Source: an uncultured archaeon (GTDB lineage: Archaea; Asgardarchaeota; Thorarchaeia; Thorarchaeales; CAZPUN01). From it: a stretch of 32,000 nucleotides of DNA. Shown here piece after piece: positions 7,717-18,769 of the stretch. Position 1 is the first letter of the stretch. Each line of letters begins with the position of its first letter. Location: assembly GCA_964589775.1 (NCBI GenBank), contig CAZPUN010000064.1:1-32000 (forward strand). The letters are read 5' to 3'. A program made the position numbers and the translations under genes. The notes beneath the pieces were generated by a model that worked only from the letters and a program-made list of their open reading frames with translations, made no database searches and was not told where the DNA came from.

Positions 7717-8435
7717 TAAATATTTTTATCCAGCTGGGCTAGTACGTCTGGAAAGTTTTTGATACTTTCGATAACAAAATCTGCACCAGCAGCTTCAAGA
7801 TCTTTCTTACTTGATACTCCAGTTAGCACGCCAACTGTTGTGCAGCCAGCTCTTTTTCCAGAAATGATATCAACGTCCATATCGCCTATGACCACTGTAT
7901 TTTCAGGTTTCGATTCTAATTGTTTGATTACAAAAAGAATTGGGTCTGGATATGGTTTTGATTTAATTTTCAGTTTTGCGAGCTTGTCTGCGGTGAGTAT
8001 AATATCAAAGGCATCGTATATTCCAAATCTTTTTAGTCGTTTTGTGGTTCCCTTAATCTTAGCATAAGTGACGATTCCTTGTTTGTATTTCTCATGTAAA
8101 TTTCTTACAATTTCAATTGCGCCTTCTATTGTTTGAATCGTTCCTTCACGCTTTACGTATTCCTGCTTCATTGCTCTAATGAATTTTAATCTGTTAATTC
8201 GTGATAGTCCCAGGTTCTTTCCAACGTTCCATAAGAATTTAATCCAACCATATTTGCTTGGATTCGCAAAAACCTTTCTTCCTTCACTTATGATGGCTTG
8301 TTCATATGCACTAAAATCAGTTTCATTGGGTTTAACGATGTTGAATTTTCTAAGAAGAGATTTGAAAACCTCCCGAAGGAGGCTCATTGAATCTACAATT
8401 GTACCATCTAAATCATAAATTATGGCTTTGATCAA
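7713..8435 (-). CDS. HAD-superfamily phosphatase (phosphoglycolate phosphatase-like)
   Basis: Motif I YDLDGT, motif III KPYPD, motif IV IGDMDVD...GKRAG. Confidence 0.92.
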   Translation of the reverse strand: MIKAIIYDLDGTIVDSMSLLREVFKSLLRKFNIVKPNETDFSAYEQAIISEGRKVFANPSKYGWIKFLWNVGKNLGLSRINRLKFIRAMKQEYVKREGTIQTIEGAIEIVRNLHEKYKQGIVTYAKIKGTTKRLKRFGIYDAFDIILTADKLAKLKIKSKPYPDPILFVIKQLESKPENTVVIGDMDVDIISGKRAGCTTVGVLTGVSSKKDLEAAGADFVIESIKNFPDVLAQLDKNIY

Positions 8436-8447
8436 ATGTTCTCTCTC

Positions 8448-9806
8448 CTATTTCAGGCGAGAAACTCCCGAATCTTTATAGGCCTGTATGACTTTTTGTT
8501 TCCATTTCTCTAAATCTTCCGGGTTTTCTGGATAGTTTTCATATAGATGTGCTATCGTGTTCATGGCGTTCGCTGCTTTTTTGATTTTAAGTAGGAGTCC
8601 GACTTTTGGCATACCTCTAATGGCTCGTTTCAATTTGGTAATTAATGTCATATTTATGTTATCGCCACGATTTGCTGCCATCAAGTCTTCTTCTTCAAGA
8701 ATTCGCTTTTTCAGTCCGAAATTCAAATCCTCATCTGATACATCCTGCAATAAAAGTCTGAATACATCCAGTGATGCTAATCGTTTGCCCATTGTTCGCA
8801 TGAATTTCAAGTTATAGGACCATAATCCCTTATGACTTACATCTCCTTTATCTATGGCTTCCTTTGCCGTTTCGCCTGCCATGATTGCTGCACGTATTCC
8901 GGCTCCGATTCCACCACCATGGATCGGATTGACCTGTAATGCAGCATCACCGACGAACATGACCCCATCGGCAACAAGACTCCACACTGGGCGTCTTACG
9001 GGTACTGAACCACCTCCGGTCTCAATTACTTTTTGACCTTTTAGCATTGGATAGTTTTCTTTGAATTCCTGCCAGAATTTTCGCGGATTATATCCCATGC
9101 CACCTGGGACTCCAAGACCTGCATTTACTCTCTTCGGGCCTTTCGGGAATATCCACACATATCCTTTTGGTGCTGTTTTTCCACCTAATATAACAATAGC
9201 GGTTTCTGGATCTTCTAAAGGTTTATCAAGTTCTATAATATCTCTCCAACAGATCGCGACATCTCTTGGATCAACTTCTTTTTCGACCAGCGGATGGTTA
9301 ACTCTCTTGCGTATTACTGATGCGAATCCACTAGCGTCTATGACAATTTTACCACGAATTTCAAATTTCTCTTTTGTCTTTTTGTCTCTGCATATTACAC
9401 CCTTTACAAATCCATCTTCGATAATTGGACCTAATACATTTGTCGAATGTTTTAACTCTGCACCTGCCGCAATGGCTTCTGCTAATAATCGTTGTCCAAA
9501 CTCATGTCTATTCAAAGTCCATCCTGCAAATTCCTTCCAGCCATGCAAAACTAATGGGTCCTCATGGCTTGGTGGATATATTATTGCTCCTGAGATGACT
9601 CCAGCAATTTCGTCTCCTTCCGGATATTTCACTCCGGATTCATCAAAATGGCTTTTACTAACTTCATCGCCGCATACCTTTTTTCCAATTGTTTCCTTGT
9701 CCTTTTGGTCAATTAAAATAGTTTTTAATCCTAATTTGGCAGCTGTGGCTGCTGCGACACTTCCTGCTGAACCTGCGCCTACAACTATCACATCGTATTC
9801 TGCCAT
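8448..9806 (-). CDS. geranylgeranyl reductase family (digeranylgeranylglycerophospholipid reductase-like)
   Basis: GAGSAG FAD motif, K.VCGD, GYVWIFPKG, VGDAA..VNPIHGGGI; likely start MAEYDV at 9806 (ORF track gives 9836). Confidence 0.9.
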   Translation of the reverse strand: MAEYDVIVVGAGSAGSVAAATAAKLGLKTILIDQKDKETIGKKVCGDEVSKSHFDESGVKYPEGDEIAGVISGAIIYPPSHEDPLVLHGWKEFAGWTLNRHEFGQRLLAEAIAAGAELKHSTNVLGPIIEDGFVKGVICRDKKTKEKFEIRGKIVIDASGFASVIRKRVNHPLVEKEVDPRDVAICWRDIIELDKPLEDPETAIVILGGKTAPKGYVWIFPKGPKRVNAGLGVPGGMGYNPRKFWQEFKENYPMLKGQKVIETGGGSVPVRRPVWSLVADGVMFVGDAALQVNPIHGGGIGAGIRAAIMAGETAKEAIDKGDVSHKGLWSYNLKFMRTMGKRLASLDVFRLLLQDVSDEDLNFGLKKRILEEEDLMAANRGDNINMTLITKLKRAIRGMPKVGLLLKIKKAANAMNTIAHLYENYPENPEDLEKWKQKVIQAYKDSGVSRLK

Positions 9807-9947
9807 TATTATCACTGTCTCACTTCTTAGGCTCATTCATATAATAAGATTACTATTCGAAAAAACAAGAATTCTACTAAATTTATATTCTACTCCAAAA
9901 AAGTTAAACACATTTTGGCTAATTCTCGTTTCAGAAAACATAGGTGA

Positions 9948-11248
<1,301 letters not shown>

Positions 11249-11260
11249 CACCTTTTCTTT

Positions 11261-11809
11261 CTACCTGTGTTTTAATTCAATAAGAATGACACTCACAATA
11301 ATGAAGATAATCAATGTGAGGAATAGGGGTGGTATAACTCGTAGGAATCTTAATGGGTAATCTAAGAAGATATCTAATCCAAATTTCACTCTGGGAATTT
11401 TCGAGATTATTAAAATCGTTCCATAAATGAAGAAAGATGGCAATATTACATATCCTCCCGCCAGCAGAAAAATTAAAATTAGAACAGCCAATGAACTCTT
11501 TGTAGGGTCCAGTGCCTCGCGGTCTAATTCTTTATCTTCATCGAACATAAAATAATACGAAAGCAAGAATGGTGGTCTGCGTATTTTTCCAAAGTGTGAG
11601 ATTTGTAACCCCAATTGAACAGAAAGCAGAAATAATGAGTTTATAATTGCATATGCGAAAATTATGGCATATAAAATATCAATCTGAAAAATGAGTGGAT
11701 ATACCTCGACTATAGCATATAAAGTCACAAGCACAAAGATAAATACGAATATGTGAGCTATGATTCCAACAGCCAATTGCCTTTTGGTAGCTTCATGCAA
11801 TATTTTCAA
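11261..11809 (-). CDS. hypothetical membrane protein (about 4 TM)
   Basis: Two hydrophobic hairpins around a charged loop; TTG start 1 nt after the GTPase stop. Confidence 0.75.
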   Translation of the reverse strand: MKILHEATKRQLAVGIIAHIFVFIFVLVTLYAIVEVYPLIFQIDILYAIIFAYAIINSLFLLSVQLGLQISHFGKIRRPPFLLSYYFMFDEDKELDREALDPTKSSLAVLILIFLLAGGYVILPSFFIYGTILIISKIPRVKFGLDIFLDYPLRFLRVIPPLFLTLIIFIIVSVILIELKHR

Positions 11810-11810
11810 T

Positions 11811-12377
11811 TTAGATTAATCGCTCCTTTGATTTTGTATATGATTCTAATATTTTTGTGGCTATAATCTTGAATAGAGTTGTTATGTTTTCTCCTGTTTT
11901 TGCGCTCACTTCAAGTGTTGGGTATCCAAAACTATCTCTTAATCTTAATGTTTCCTGAACAGATACTTCTCTCTCTTTTAGTAGATCTATCTTATTTCCC
12001 ACTATGACTACCATTCCATCGGGAGTAATATTTTTGTATCCCTCTATCCAATTTTTTACGTTATTGTATGAAATTTTACTAGTAACGTCAAATACAACAA
12101 TTGCTAATTTTGCGCCTTCCATATATCTCTTTCTTACTTCTCCGTAGTGTGGCTGTCCTCCAAGATCCCATATTATGAGTTTTACATATTTTGAATCCAC
12201 TTGTACTCGCTTTATTGTAAATGTTGTGCCTATTGTTATTTTATAATCTTCTGAGAAGACTCCTTCTGAATATCTACGGATGATTGAGGTTTTTCCAGTT
12301 GCTGGGTCGCCTAACATAATTACTTTTGCTGAAATAATTGGAAACTCCGAAATCATTAAAGGCATCCTCAAACTCAT
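11811..12377 (-). CDS. Rab-like small GTPase (Ras superfamily)
   Basis: G1 GDPATGKT, G2 TIG, G3 WDLGGQ, G4 GNKID, G5 VSAK; Rab-like IVVFDVT; no C-terminal Cys motif. Confidence 0.93.
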   Translation of the reverse strand: MSLRMPLMISEFPIISAKVIMLGDPATGKTSIIRRYSEGVFSEDYKITIGTTFTIKRVQVDSKYVKLIIWDLGGQPHYGEVRKRYMEGAKLAIVVFDVTSKISYNNVKNWIEGYKNITPDGMVVIVGNKIDLLKEREVSVQETLRLRDSFGYPTLEVSAKTGENITTLFKIIATKILESYTKSKERLI

Positions 12378-12525
12378 TTCTTGGCGCTATAATATATGCT
12401 TATCTATATAACCTTATTTTATTTTAATATCTTTTCTATCTATATTAATTTTGGTTAGAATTATTTAATAGGATATTCCAACAAAAAGAATAATAGTGAC
12501 TTTACTGATTGTGGGGTTGCATAAA

Positions 12526-13191
12526 ATGGCAGAAGTTTTCCTAAAAAGATTGGAACACATTGAAACGAGTATAAAGGATATTAATGAATCTATGGCTAGG
12601 CTTGTTAAGCTGTTTGGCACATTTACTGAACTTAAAGTTGATATGAACGCTTTTAAAGATGAAATTTTGGCTCGTATTGAAGAGCTCGAGAGCAAAGTTG
12701 CTTCAGGTGAAGTTCAGACCAGTGGTGAAGGGGGCTCTGTTGATCTAAGTGAAGTTTATGAAAAAATAGATAATCTTGCTCAAAAGTTGGAATCCATCGA
12801 AGAAAAATTAGGTGAGATCTTATCATCTGGTGCGAAACCTGCTCCTGTAGAGGGTGCTGAACAAACTGAAACATTTGCAATTCCGGGCAGTCCTACTGAA
12901 GGTCTTGCGATTCCTCCCGAACGCGCAAAACCTGTTGTGGATATCTTGCGAGGAGTCATTGCTGCTATGAAATTTGGGGTCACATCTGGTGAATTAATGG
13001 AAAAGATGGAGCAAGCTAAAACTGATATTATGAAGTATCTTCCTAGTGATCCAGTTCTCGTAAAATTTGATCAATGGATGAACGTTCTTATGAAGACTCC
13101 CAAGCGGAATGAGGTCAAAACACGTGACATTCGATTCTTAAAGACCGAAGTGAATTCTGAAATTGAGCGAATAGGCCAGGGAATGTTTTAA
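12526..13191 (+). CDS. hypothetical coiled-coil/helical protein
   Basis: Heptad-patterned segments (LKRLEHIETSIKDINESMARL; VYEKIDNLAQKLESIEEKLGEI), a Gly/Pro linker and a helical C-domain; likely ATG at 12526 (ORF track gives 12496). Confidence 0.8.
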   Translation: MAEVFLKRLEHIETSIKDINESMARLVKLFGTFTELKVDMNAFKDEILARIEELESKVASGEVQTSGEGGSVDLSEVYEKIDNLAQKLESIEEKLGEILSSGAKPAPVEGAEQTETFAIPGSPTEGLAIPPERAKPVVDILRGVIAAMKFGVTSGELMEKMEQAKTDIMKYLPSDPVLVKFDQWMNVLMKTPKRNEVKTRDIRFLKTEVNSEIERIGQGMF

Positions 13192-13217
13192 TTCTAATTT
13201 TTTCCCAACCTTTTTAT
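13192..13217 (+). terminator. archaeal oligo-T terminator candidate
   Basis: TTCTAATTTTTTTCCCAACCTTTTTA directly after the stop. Confidence 0.4.
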
Positions 13218-13242
13218 ACTTGATTTGCTATATTGTGAATTT

Positions 13243-14454
13243 ATGAGCCAAACAAAATTTGATGTAATCGTTATTGGGGCAGGTCCATCAGGTTCAACTG
13301 CCGCACGTAATTTAGCTAAAAAAGGAATTTCAACATTAATTATTGATAAGCAGGAATTTCCACGATACAAGCCATGTGGCGGTGGTCTTTCAGGGCGTAT
13401 TAAGAATATTTTAGATATCGATATTTCTCAAGTTGTAGAGCGTGAGAGCTTTGGGATAAAAGTTTATGCTGATGGTATTTTCTTCGATGGCACCCTTGAT
13501 CAAAGCTCTGGATTTCTGGTAATGCGTAATAAATTTGATAACTTACTTCTTGAAAAAGCTATTGAATCTGGGGCTGAATTCAAAGGCTCAACACGTCTTA
13601 TTGGTTTAACTTATGAGCAGGATCATTATAAAATAAAAACCAGTAATGGTACATTTGAAGGATCTTATATCGTTGGTGCCGATGGTGTAAATAGTCTTGT
13701 TGCTAAACTATCCGGTCTTAGATACAGTTGGGACAAAGATGAAGTTGCAATAGCCATAGAAGCCGAACTTAAAGTTGGCAAGGAGGAAGTTGAGCGCATA
13801 ACTGCAAATCCAAATGATCCTGAACATGTGAGTATTGAAATATATTTCGGACCTGTGAAAAATGGCTATGCTTGGTGTTTTCCAAAATATGATACCCTAA
13901 GCTTAGGTGTGGGTGCGCGATTAGATAAAGCTGGGCGAATACGCGATAGCTGGTTTGCTTTCATAGATTATTTCTCAAAGATGAAGAAGATCAAAATAGA
14001 AAATCTCAAGTATACTGCACACATGTTGCCATTCGGTGGATTCTTGAAGAAGCCCTATAAAGACCGCTTACTTTTAGTTGGGGATGCTGCTGGATTTGTA
14101 TCTCCTGCTACTGGTGAAGGAATATACTACGGTATTCTTTCTGGGATTCATGCCGCAACTGCAATTAGTGAAGCAATTGAGTCTAACGATCCTTCAAAAA
14201 TTAAGAAATATGCAAAATATATCAAAGATGAAATAATACGAGATATGTCTGTTGGTAAATATCTTGCAAATATTTTGTATCGTAAAGAAAAGAATCCAGT
14301 CACAATAATTAAACTTGCAAACCAGGATAACGAAATTAAGACGCTGTTCAGTGCGCTCATAATGGGTTCAATTCCTTACGACGAAATCAAAAAGAGAATG
14401 ACCAAGCAAATACTGTTGCATTATCCCACGAAAGGTCTGAGGATGTTCCTATAA
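13243..14454 (+). CDS. geranylgeranyl reductase family FAD-dependent oxidoreductase (second paralog)
   Basis: GAGPSG, FPRYKPCGGG, GADG, GYAWCFPK, VGDAAGFVSPATGEGI; likely start MSQTKF. Confidence 0.9.
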   Translation: MSQTKFDVIVIGAGPSGSTAARNLAKKGISTLIIDKQEFPRYKPCGGGLSGRIKNILDIDISQVVERESFGIKVYADGIFFDGTLDQSSGFLVMRNKFDNLLLEKAIESGAEFKGSTRLIGLTYEQDHYKIKTSNGTFEGSYIVGADGVNSLVAKLSGLRYSWDKDEVAIAIEAELKVGKEEVERITANPNDPEHVSIEIYFGPVKNGYAWCFPKYDTLSLGVGARLDKAGRIRDSWFAFIDYFSKMKKIKIENLKYTAHMLPFGGFLKKPYKDRLLLVGDAAGFVSPATGEGIYYGILSGIHAATAISEAIESNDPSKIKKYAKYIKDEIIRDMSVGKYLANILYRKEKNPVTIIKLANQDNEIKTLFSALIMGSIPYDEIKKRMTKQILLHYPTKGLRMFL

Positions 14455-14475
14455 AGAAAAAGGAGAGATTGTGAA

Positions 14476-16137
14476 TTAGTAGAGCCATTCGTCTAGCAGG
14501 TCTATTTCAAAACCTGCGACTGGCATGATTATCTGGAAGTTCGTAAGGACTTCTGGGTGTATCTCTCCGATATATCCTATTTTTCTATCACCATAGTAAA
14601 TCTCTGCTACACGTCCCGGTATGAATGATGGATGTTCTACAGGTTTGTATGCTATTTTCTCTGAAATTCCTAATGTCATAAAGAGGTTTTCTGTTATTGT
14701 TTTTATGTTTGTAAAGTTCACTTTGTTTTCTGCGATTACTGCGGATAAACGCGGTAGGTTTCTGGTACGTGTCTCAGCTTGTTCGTCTATGATGACAACA
14801 TCGCCTACTTCAAACACTCTTTGTGGATATTCTTCATGGACATTCTTCGACAAGAAATCTAGCAGAATTGGTAATAGTCTATCTCGTAGAACTGAGAAAT
14901 CTTGGCTTTTTGGATTTGCCACTTCTACAACTTCATTTGTTGTTCGCATGTTCTCATTTAAGATCTTTTTGTTCGTCATGATATAGCTCATAACTTCCTG
15001 AAATCCTGCACCAACCATTATGTCCTTTACGCGTTCTTGTAGTCTAGTGGATTTCAGTACTTTGCCCTCTGTGAATGTTTGCGGCATTTCGGGTTCGATA
15101 TTATCAAAACCGTATCCGATAGCGACATCTTCTACAAGGTCTATTGGGTGCAATATATCCATACGGAATGCGGGGACTTCTACATCAATCAAGCGGACGT
15201 TCTTTTTCTTTGCATTGAATCTCATTTTTTGTAATGCAATTTCAATTTCGCGTGGTGAAAGATTTAATCCTGTAACCTCATTTACGTACTGAACACTAAG
15301 TTCCCATTTCTTAGGCGTAAGATCTGGAGTGGTCTCAGTTCCTTCCGGATATTCGATTCGTATAGCTTCTCCAATTCCTCTGCGTTCGAGTAGATTTGCT
15401 ACAAATATATTTAATGTATATTGTACAACTTCTTTTCTAGTTCCTGTAACTTCAATAAATATATCATGCACATCGGGTGTAACTTGTCCAATATCATTGC
15501 TATTGATGATTGGCGGCAAGCTTAAGATTTTTCCATCGCTATCTTTCAACAAGGGCCATCGCTCATATTTTTCAATTATATGTCCGAATTCCTGACCTTT
15601 TGGGTGTGATTGAAGTATTTGCTTTCCATTCATTATCTTATCCATTCCCAGAGGCACAAATTGGATGCGTTTCGGTTCTTCGGTTGTGTATATGACTGGG
15701 AATTTTATGTCCTTTAAAATATAAAGACCAATACTTGCATTTATCCTGTGTTTTCCAAATGTGGATGCTAGTTTCTCCTGCATGTGCATATATGATTTAA
15801 GTAATTCATCAGAGTTTTCGATTCCTCTTAGTATTGCAGCTGCGATATATGGACGTACTTCCTTTACTGATGAATGGACTTTTACAGACACTTTTGCGGG
15901 ATTCACTTTGTATTTCGGCATGCCCATTTCGATTTCCATGAATCCTTTCAAAGCACGTGCAATACCTTCAGCTGAGATCATATCTTGTCTATCTGGATTG
16001 ATTTCTAATTCTATCGTATCGCCTTTCCAACTTTCAACTTCGACTTTTAGTAAGAACAGTAGATCTTCCAATTCATCTTTATGTACTGGGCGTCCAATCA
16101 GTTCAACTAAATCTTTGTAGCTAACTTCGACTTCCAT
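14476..16137 (-). CDS. pheT: phenylalanine--tRNA ligase beta subunit (archaeal type)
   Basis: NPDRQDMISAEGIAR, RPYIAAA, LSLPPIINS, RMDILHPIDLVEDVAIGYG, GEIHPEVLTNF; GGAGG RBS; follows pheS. Confidence 0.97.
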   Translation of the reverse strand: MEVEVSYKDLVELIGRPVHKDELEDLLFLLKVEVESWKGDTIELEINPDRQDMISAEGIARALKGFMEIEMGMPKYKVNPAKVSVKVHSSVKEVRPYIAAAILRGIENSDELLKSYMHMQEKLASTFGKHRINASIGLYILKDIKFPVIYTTEEPKRIQFVPLGMDKIMNGKQILQSHPKGQEFGHIIEKYERWPLLKDSDGKILSLPPIINSNDIGQVTPDVHDIFIEVTGTRKEVVQYTLNIFVANLLERRGIGEAIRIEYPEGTETTPDLTPKKWELSVQYVNEVTGLNLSPREIEIALQKMRFNAKKKNVRLIDVEVPAFRMDILHPIDLVEDVAIGYGFDNIEPEMPQTFTEGKVLKSTRLQERVKDIMVGAGFQEVMSYIMTNKKILNENMRTTNEVVEVANPKSQDFSVLRDRLLPILLDFLSKNVHEEYPQRVFEVGDVVIIDEQAETRTRNLPRLSAVIAENKVNFTNIKTITENLFMTLGISEKIAYKPVEHPSFIPGRVAEIYYGDRKIGYIGEIHPEVLTNFQIIMPVAGFEIDLLDEWLY

Positions 16138-16150
16138 TATTGTGCCTCCT

Positions 16151-17686
16151 TCAGAATTTCAAGGGTACTCTCCTGAGCCAATTCAAATCTCGTGAGAATA
16201 GCTCTCGAATATCTGCAATATCTGCTGCAGCCATGAATAATCTATCTGCTCCGAGTCCCCATGCTAACACTGGATCTTTTATTCCCAGCGGATGTGTGAC
16301 CTCCGGTCTGAAGATGCCTCCGGGTGCAACTTCAATCCAGCCTAATTTTTCGTGCTTGACAAACCCTTCGATACTTGGTTCAGTGAATGGGAATTGTCCT
16401 GGTTTCCATTTTAATTTCTTAAGTCCGAGTGCTTTACAAATCTCACTTATATACCCCATCAGATGCTTCAAGGTCAGTTTCTTATCCATTATAATACCTT
16501 CACATTGATTGAATTCTTGACCATGTTTAGCACTCAGCTTTTCGCTCCTGAAGTTTCTATCAATACTAAACATCTTTAGTGGTCCAGTTTTTCGCTCCCA
16601 GAGGAATCTAACAGAGACCGCTGTTGTATGTGATCTTAAGATTAATCTTCTGGTTACATCTTCACTAAATTTGTGTTGCCAGCCAATGCTACCGGTCTTT
16701 CCACCATTTTCATGGACCTGAGCCACATCATAATATAGTTCCTTTGGGATTTGTCCAGGCATTGCAGGAGTTTTTATTCTGAACAAATCATGCATTTCTC
16801 GTGCTACGTGGTCTTGGGGAACAAATAGTACATCATAATTCCAGAATTCTGTTTCAACAAATGGTCCCTTAGACTCTTCAAATCCCATACCTACAAGAAT
16901 TTCTTTAAGCCATTTGATAAATTCGCCATATGGATGTTTCTTTCCAAAATATACTTTCGGTGTAGGGGCTTCCACATCATATTCAACAAATGGTTTTCCC
17001 TTCCAAGAGCCAGAAATTAGCATATCACTTGTTAGGTCTAATATGCCATCTGTTCTTACTTTCATCAGTCTTTTTGCTCGTTCCTCATTAGTAATTGAAA
17101 CAAAGAATGTTTTCTTCTGTTTTGGAATAATTAATTTTCGCTGAATTAAAATATTAACAGCTTTTTCTGCATCTGCAAATAGTTTCTTTGCATCACTTAG
17201 GGTTTTTACTTTACCCGCCTTAATTAGCTCTAATAGTTCTTGCTCTATTGGCTTTTCTGATAGAGCGCGTTTTCCTTCAAATGTAAGTGCAATAGTTGAT
17301 TCGCTTCCGGATTTTTTAATTTCCACCCAATTCTTCTTCTTACTCCAACTAAGCGCAATTCCTTTAGTGGGACCTCCGATGCCTGCAGCCTTTTCGATTC
17401 TATGCATTGCGATTCCTGAGGCTTTCTTACGGAGTGCTTTAATCAATCTTATTTCAGGAAGACCATTTTCTGCGTAATCTTCGCCTTCAATCGTAAGAGT
17501 AAGAATATTATCGACGAGTGTATTGATGTTTAAAAGACCTTTCTGAGCAAGAACATTTACTATAGATATGACTTTTGATTCTTCGATCCCTACCTTCTTG
17601 GCTATTTCGTCTGTAGGCATCTCCTTTTTAGATTCAAGAAGTGCCTGAATTATCTTTTTCTCATTTTCTGTTAATCGCATTGACAA
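16151..17686 (-). CDS. pheS: phenylalanine--tRNA ligase alpha subunit (archaeal/eukaryote-like long form)
   Basis: FWNYDVLFVPQDHVAREMHD, LRSHTT, FR..H..EFNQCEG, FPFTEPS, GIFRPEV, AWGLG; N-terminal winged-helix extension. Confidence 0.97.
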   Translation of the reverse strand: MSMRLTENEKKIIQALLESKKEMPTDEIAKKVGIEESKVISIVNVLAQKGLLNINTLVDNILTLTIEGEDYAENGLPEIRLIKALRKKASGIAMHRIEKAAGIGGPTKGIALSWSKKKNWVEIKKSGSESTIALTFEGKRALSEKPIEQELLELIKAGKVKTLSDAKKLFADAEKAVNILIQRKLIIPKQKKTFFVSITNEERAKRLMKVRTDGILDLTSDMLISGSWKGKPFVEYDVEAPTPKVYFGKKHPYGEFIKWLKEILVGMGFEESKGPFVETEFWNYDVLFVPQDHVAREMHDLFRIKTPAMPGQIPKELYYDVAQVHENGGKTGSIGWQHKFSEDVTRRLILRSHTTAVSVRFLWERKTGPLKMFSIDRNFRSEKLSAKHGQEFNQCEGIIMDKKLTLKHLMGYISEICKALGLKKLKWKPGQFPFTEPSIEGFVKHEKLGWIEVAPGGIFRPEVTHPLGIKDPVLAWGLGADRLFMAAADIADIRELFSRDLNWLRRVPLKF

Positions 17687-17884
17687 TTTCCGTCTCAGCT
17701 CCTTGAACTATCTGATTAGGTTCGTCAAGCATCTATTTTTTTCGATTCATTATACATATATAAATGCATTTGAGTATTTTTATTTCAACTTTTGGACCCT
17801 ATATGTTTTCTCCTTTATTAAATGTACGGAGGTATAGCCTTATAACATAGTTCCGCACAAAGCTATATGTTGTGAGTGAACATC

Positions 17885-18010
17885 ATGTGTCCTGAATATG
17901 ATGAAGCCAGTAAAACATGCAAACTCTACGGATTTAAATTCTATGAGGGTATGCAAAAACCGTGCGATTATGTTTCTGACCCCAAGAAATGCCCACGAGC
18001 AGTTATGTAG
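17885..18010 (+). CDS. 41-aa four-cysteine miniprotein (putative metal-binding), absent from the ORF track
   Basis: ATG 17885 to TAG 18010 reads MCPEYDEASKTCKLYGFKFYEGMQKPCDYVSDPKKCPRAVM; GTGAGTGA lies just upstream; fills an otherwise empty gap of about 370 nt. Confidence 0.65.
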   Translation: MCPEYDEASKTCKLYGFKFYEGMQKPCDYVSDPKKCPRAVM

Positions 18011-18055
18011 AAAAGTTTGGCAATATTTTGGTTATTTCCCATGATATTGCCTCTT

Positions 18056-18769
18056 TTATTTTTGTATTAATTCTCTGTATTTTTCAAAGTATTCTTGTGC
18101 CTTTTCAATTTCTCCTATCTCTTGTAGGATAATCCCGATATTTTCATATGCTGATGGATTGTGTGGGTCCAATTCAATAACTTTATCGAAGGCGAAAATT
18201 GCACCTGTAATATCTCCTAATTTTGCGAGCATTGCGCCTCTATTAAACCATGCTTCTGCGAAATCTTTATTGATTTTTATCGCATGTTCAAATGAACTCA
18301 AGGCATCCCGTGTTCTATTCATTTTATCCAAAATTAGTCCTTTTAAAAACCATAATTGAGCATCGTCAGGTGTAAATGTTAACCCGCGTTCAATGGATTC
18401 TAACGCTTCTTTGTAATTTTCGTTCTTATAGTATGAGATTCCAATGTTATACCATATATCCGCATCTTGTGGGTCTAATTTTGCGGCTTGCTTGAATGCC
18501 TCAATTGATCTCTCATTATCATCAGATTGCCCATAAATGACTGCAAGTAACCACCATGCGTTTTTCCTGTATGGATCCATTTCTACAATTTTCTGTAAGA
18601 GATCTGTTGCTTCATCATTTTTGCCGAGTTTAAATTTTGTAACCGCCAGATTATATAGCATCGCAATATTTCTCGGATTTTGTCTTATGCACTCGCCTAG
18701 TAGTTTTTCTGCTGTCTCGTAATCTATTTCTTTGAATGCTTGTAGTCCTCGTTCGCACACGTCATGCAA
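18056..18769 (-). CDS. tetratricopeptide repeat protein
   Basis: About 6-7 canonical 34-aa TPRs (WYNIG, WFLKG, AWFNRG, AYENIG; ..LDP..). Confidence 0.93.
   Translation of the reverse strand: MHDVCERGLQAFKEIDYETAEKLLGECIRQNPRNIAMLYNLAVTKFKLGKNDEATDLLQKIVEMDPYRKNAWWLLAVIYGQSDDNERSIEAFKQAAKLDPQDADIWYNIGISYYKNENYKEALESIERGLTFTPDDAQLWFLKGLILDKMNRTRDALSSFEHAIKINKDFAEAWFNRGAMLAKLGDITGAIFAFDKVIELDPHNPSAYENIGIILQEIGEIEKAQEYFEKYRELIQK

Noticed and set aside
7548-7742. 64-aa plus-strand ORF (and the 7343-7531 minus-strand ORF)
   Set aside because: Both lie across the structured mini-element, overlap neighbouring genes, and are not preserved in the sister copy.
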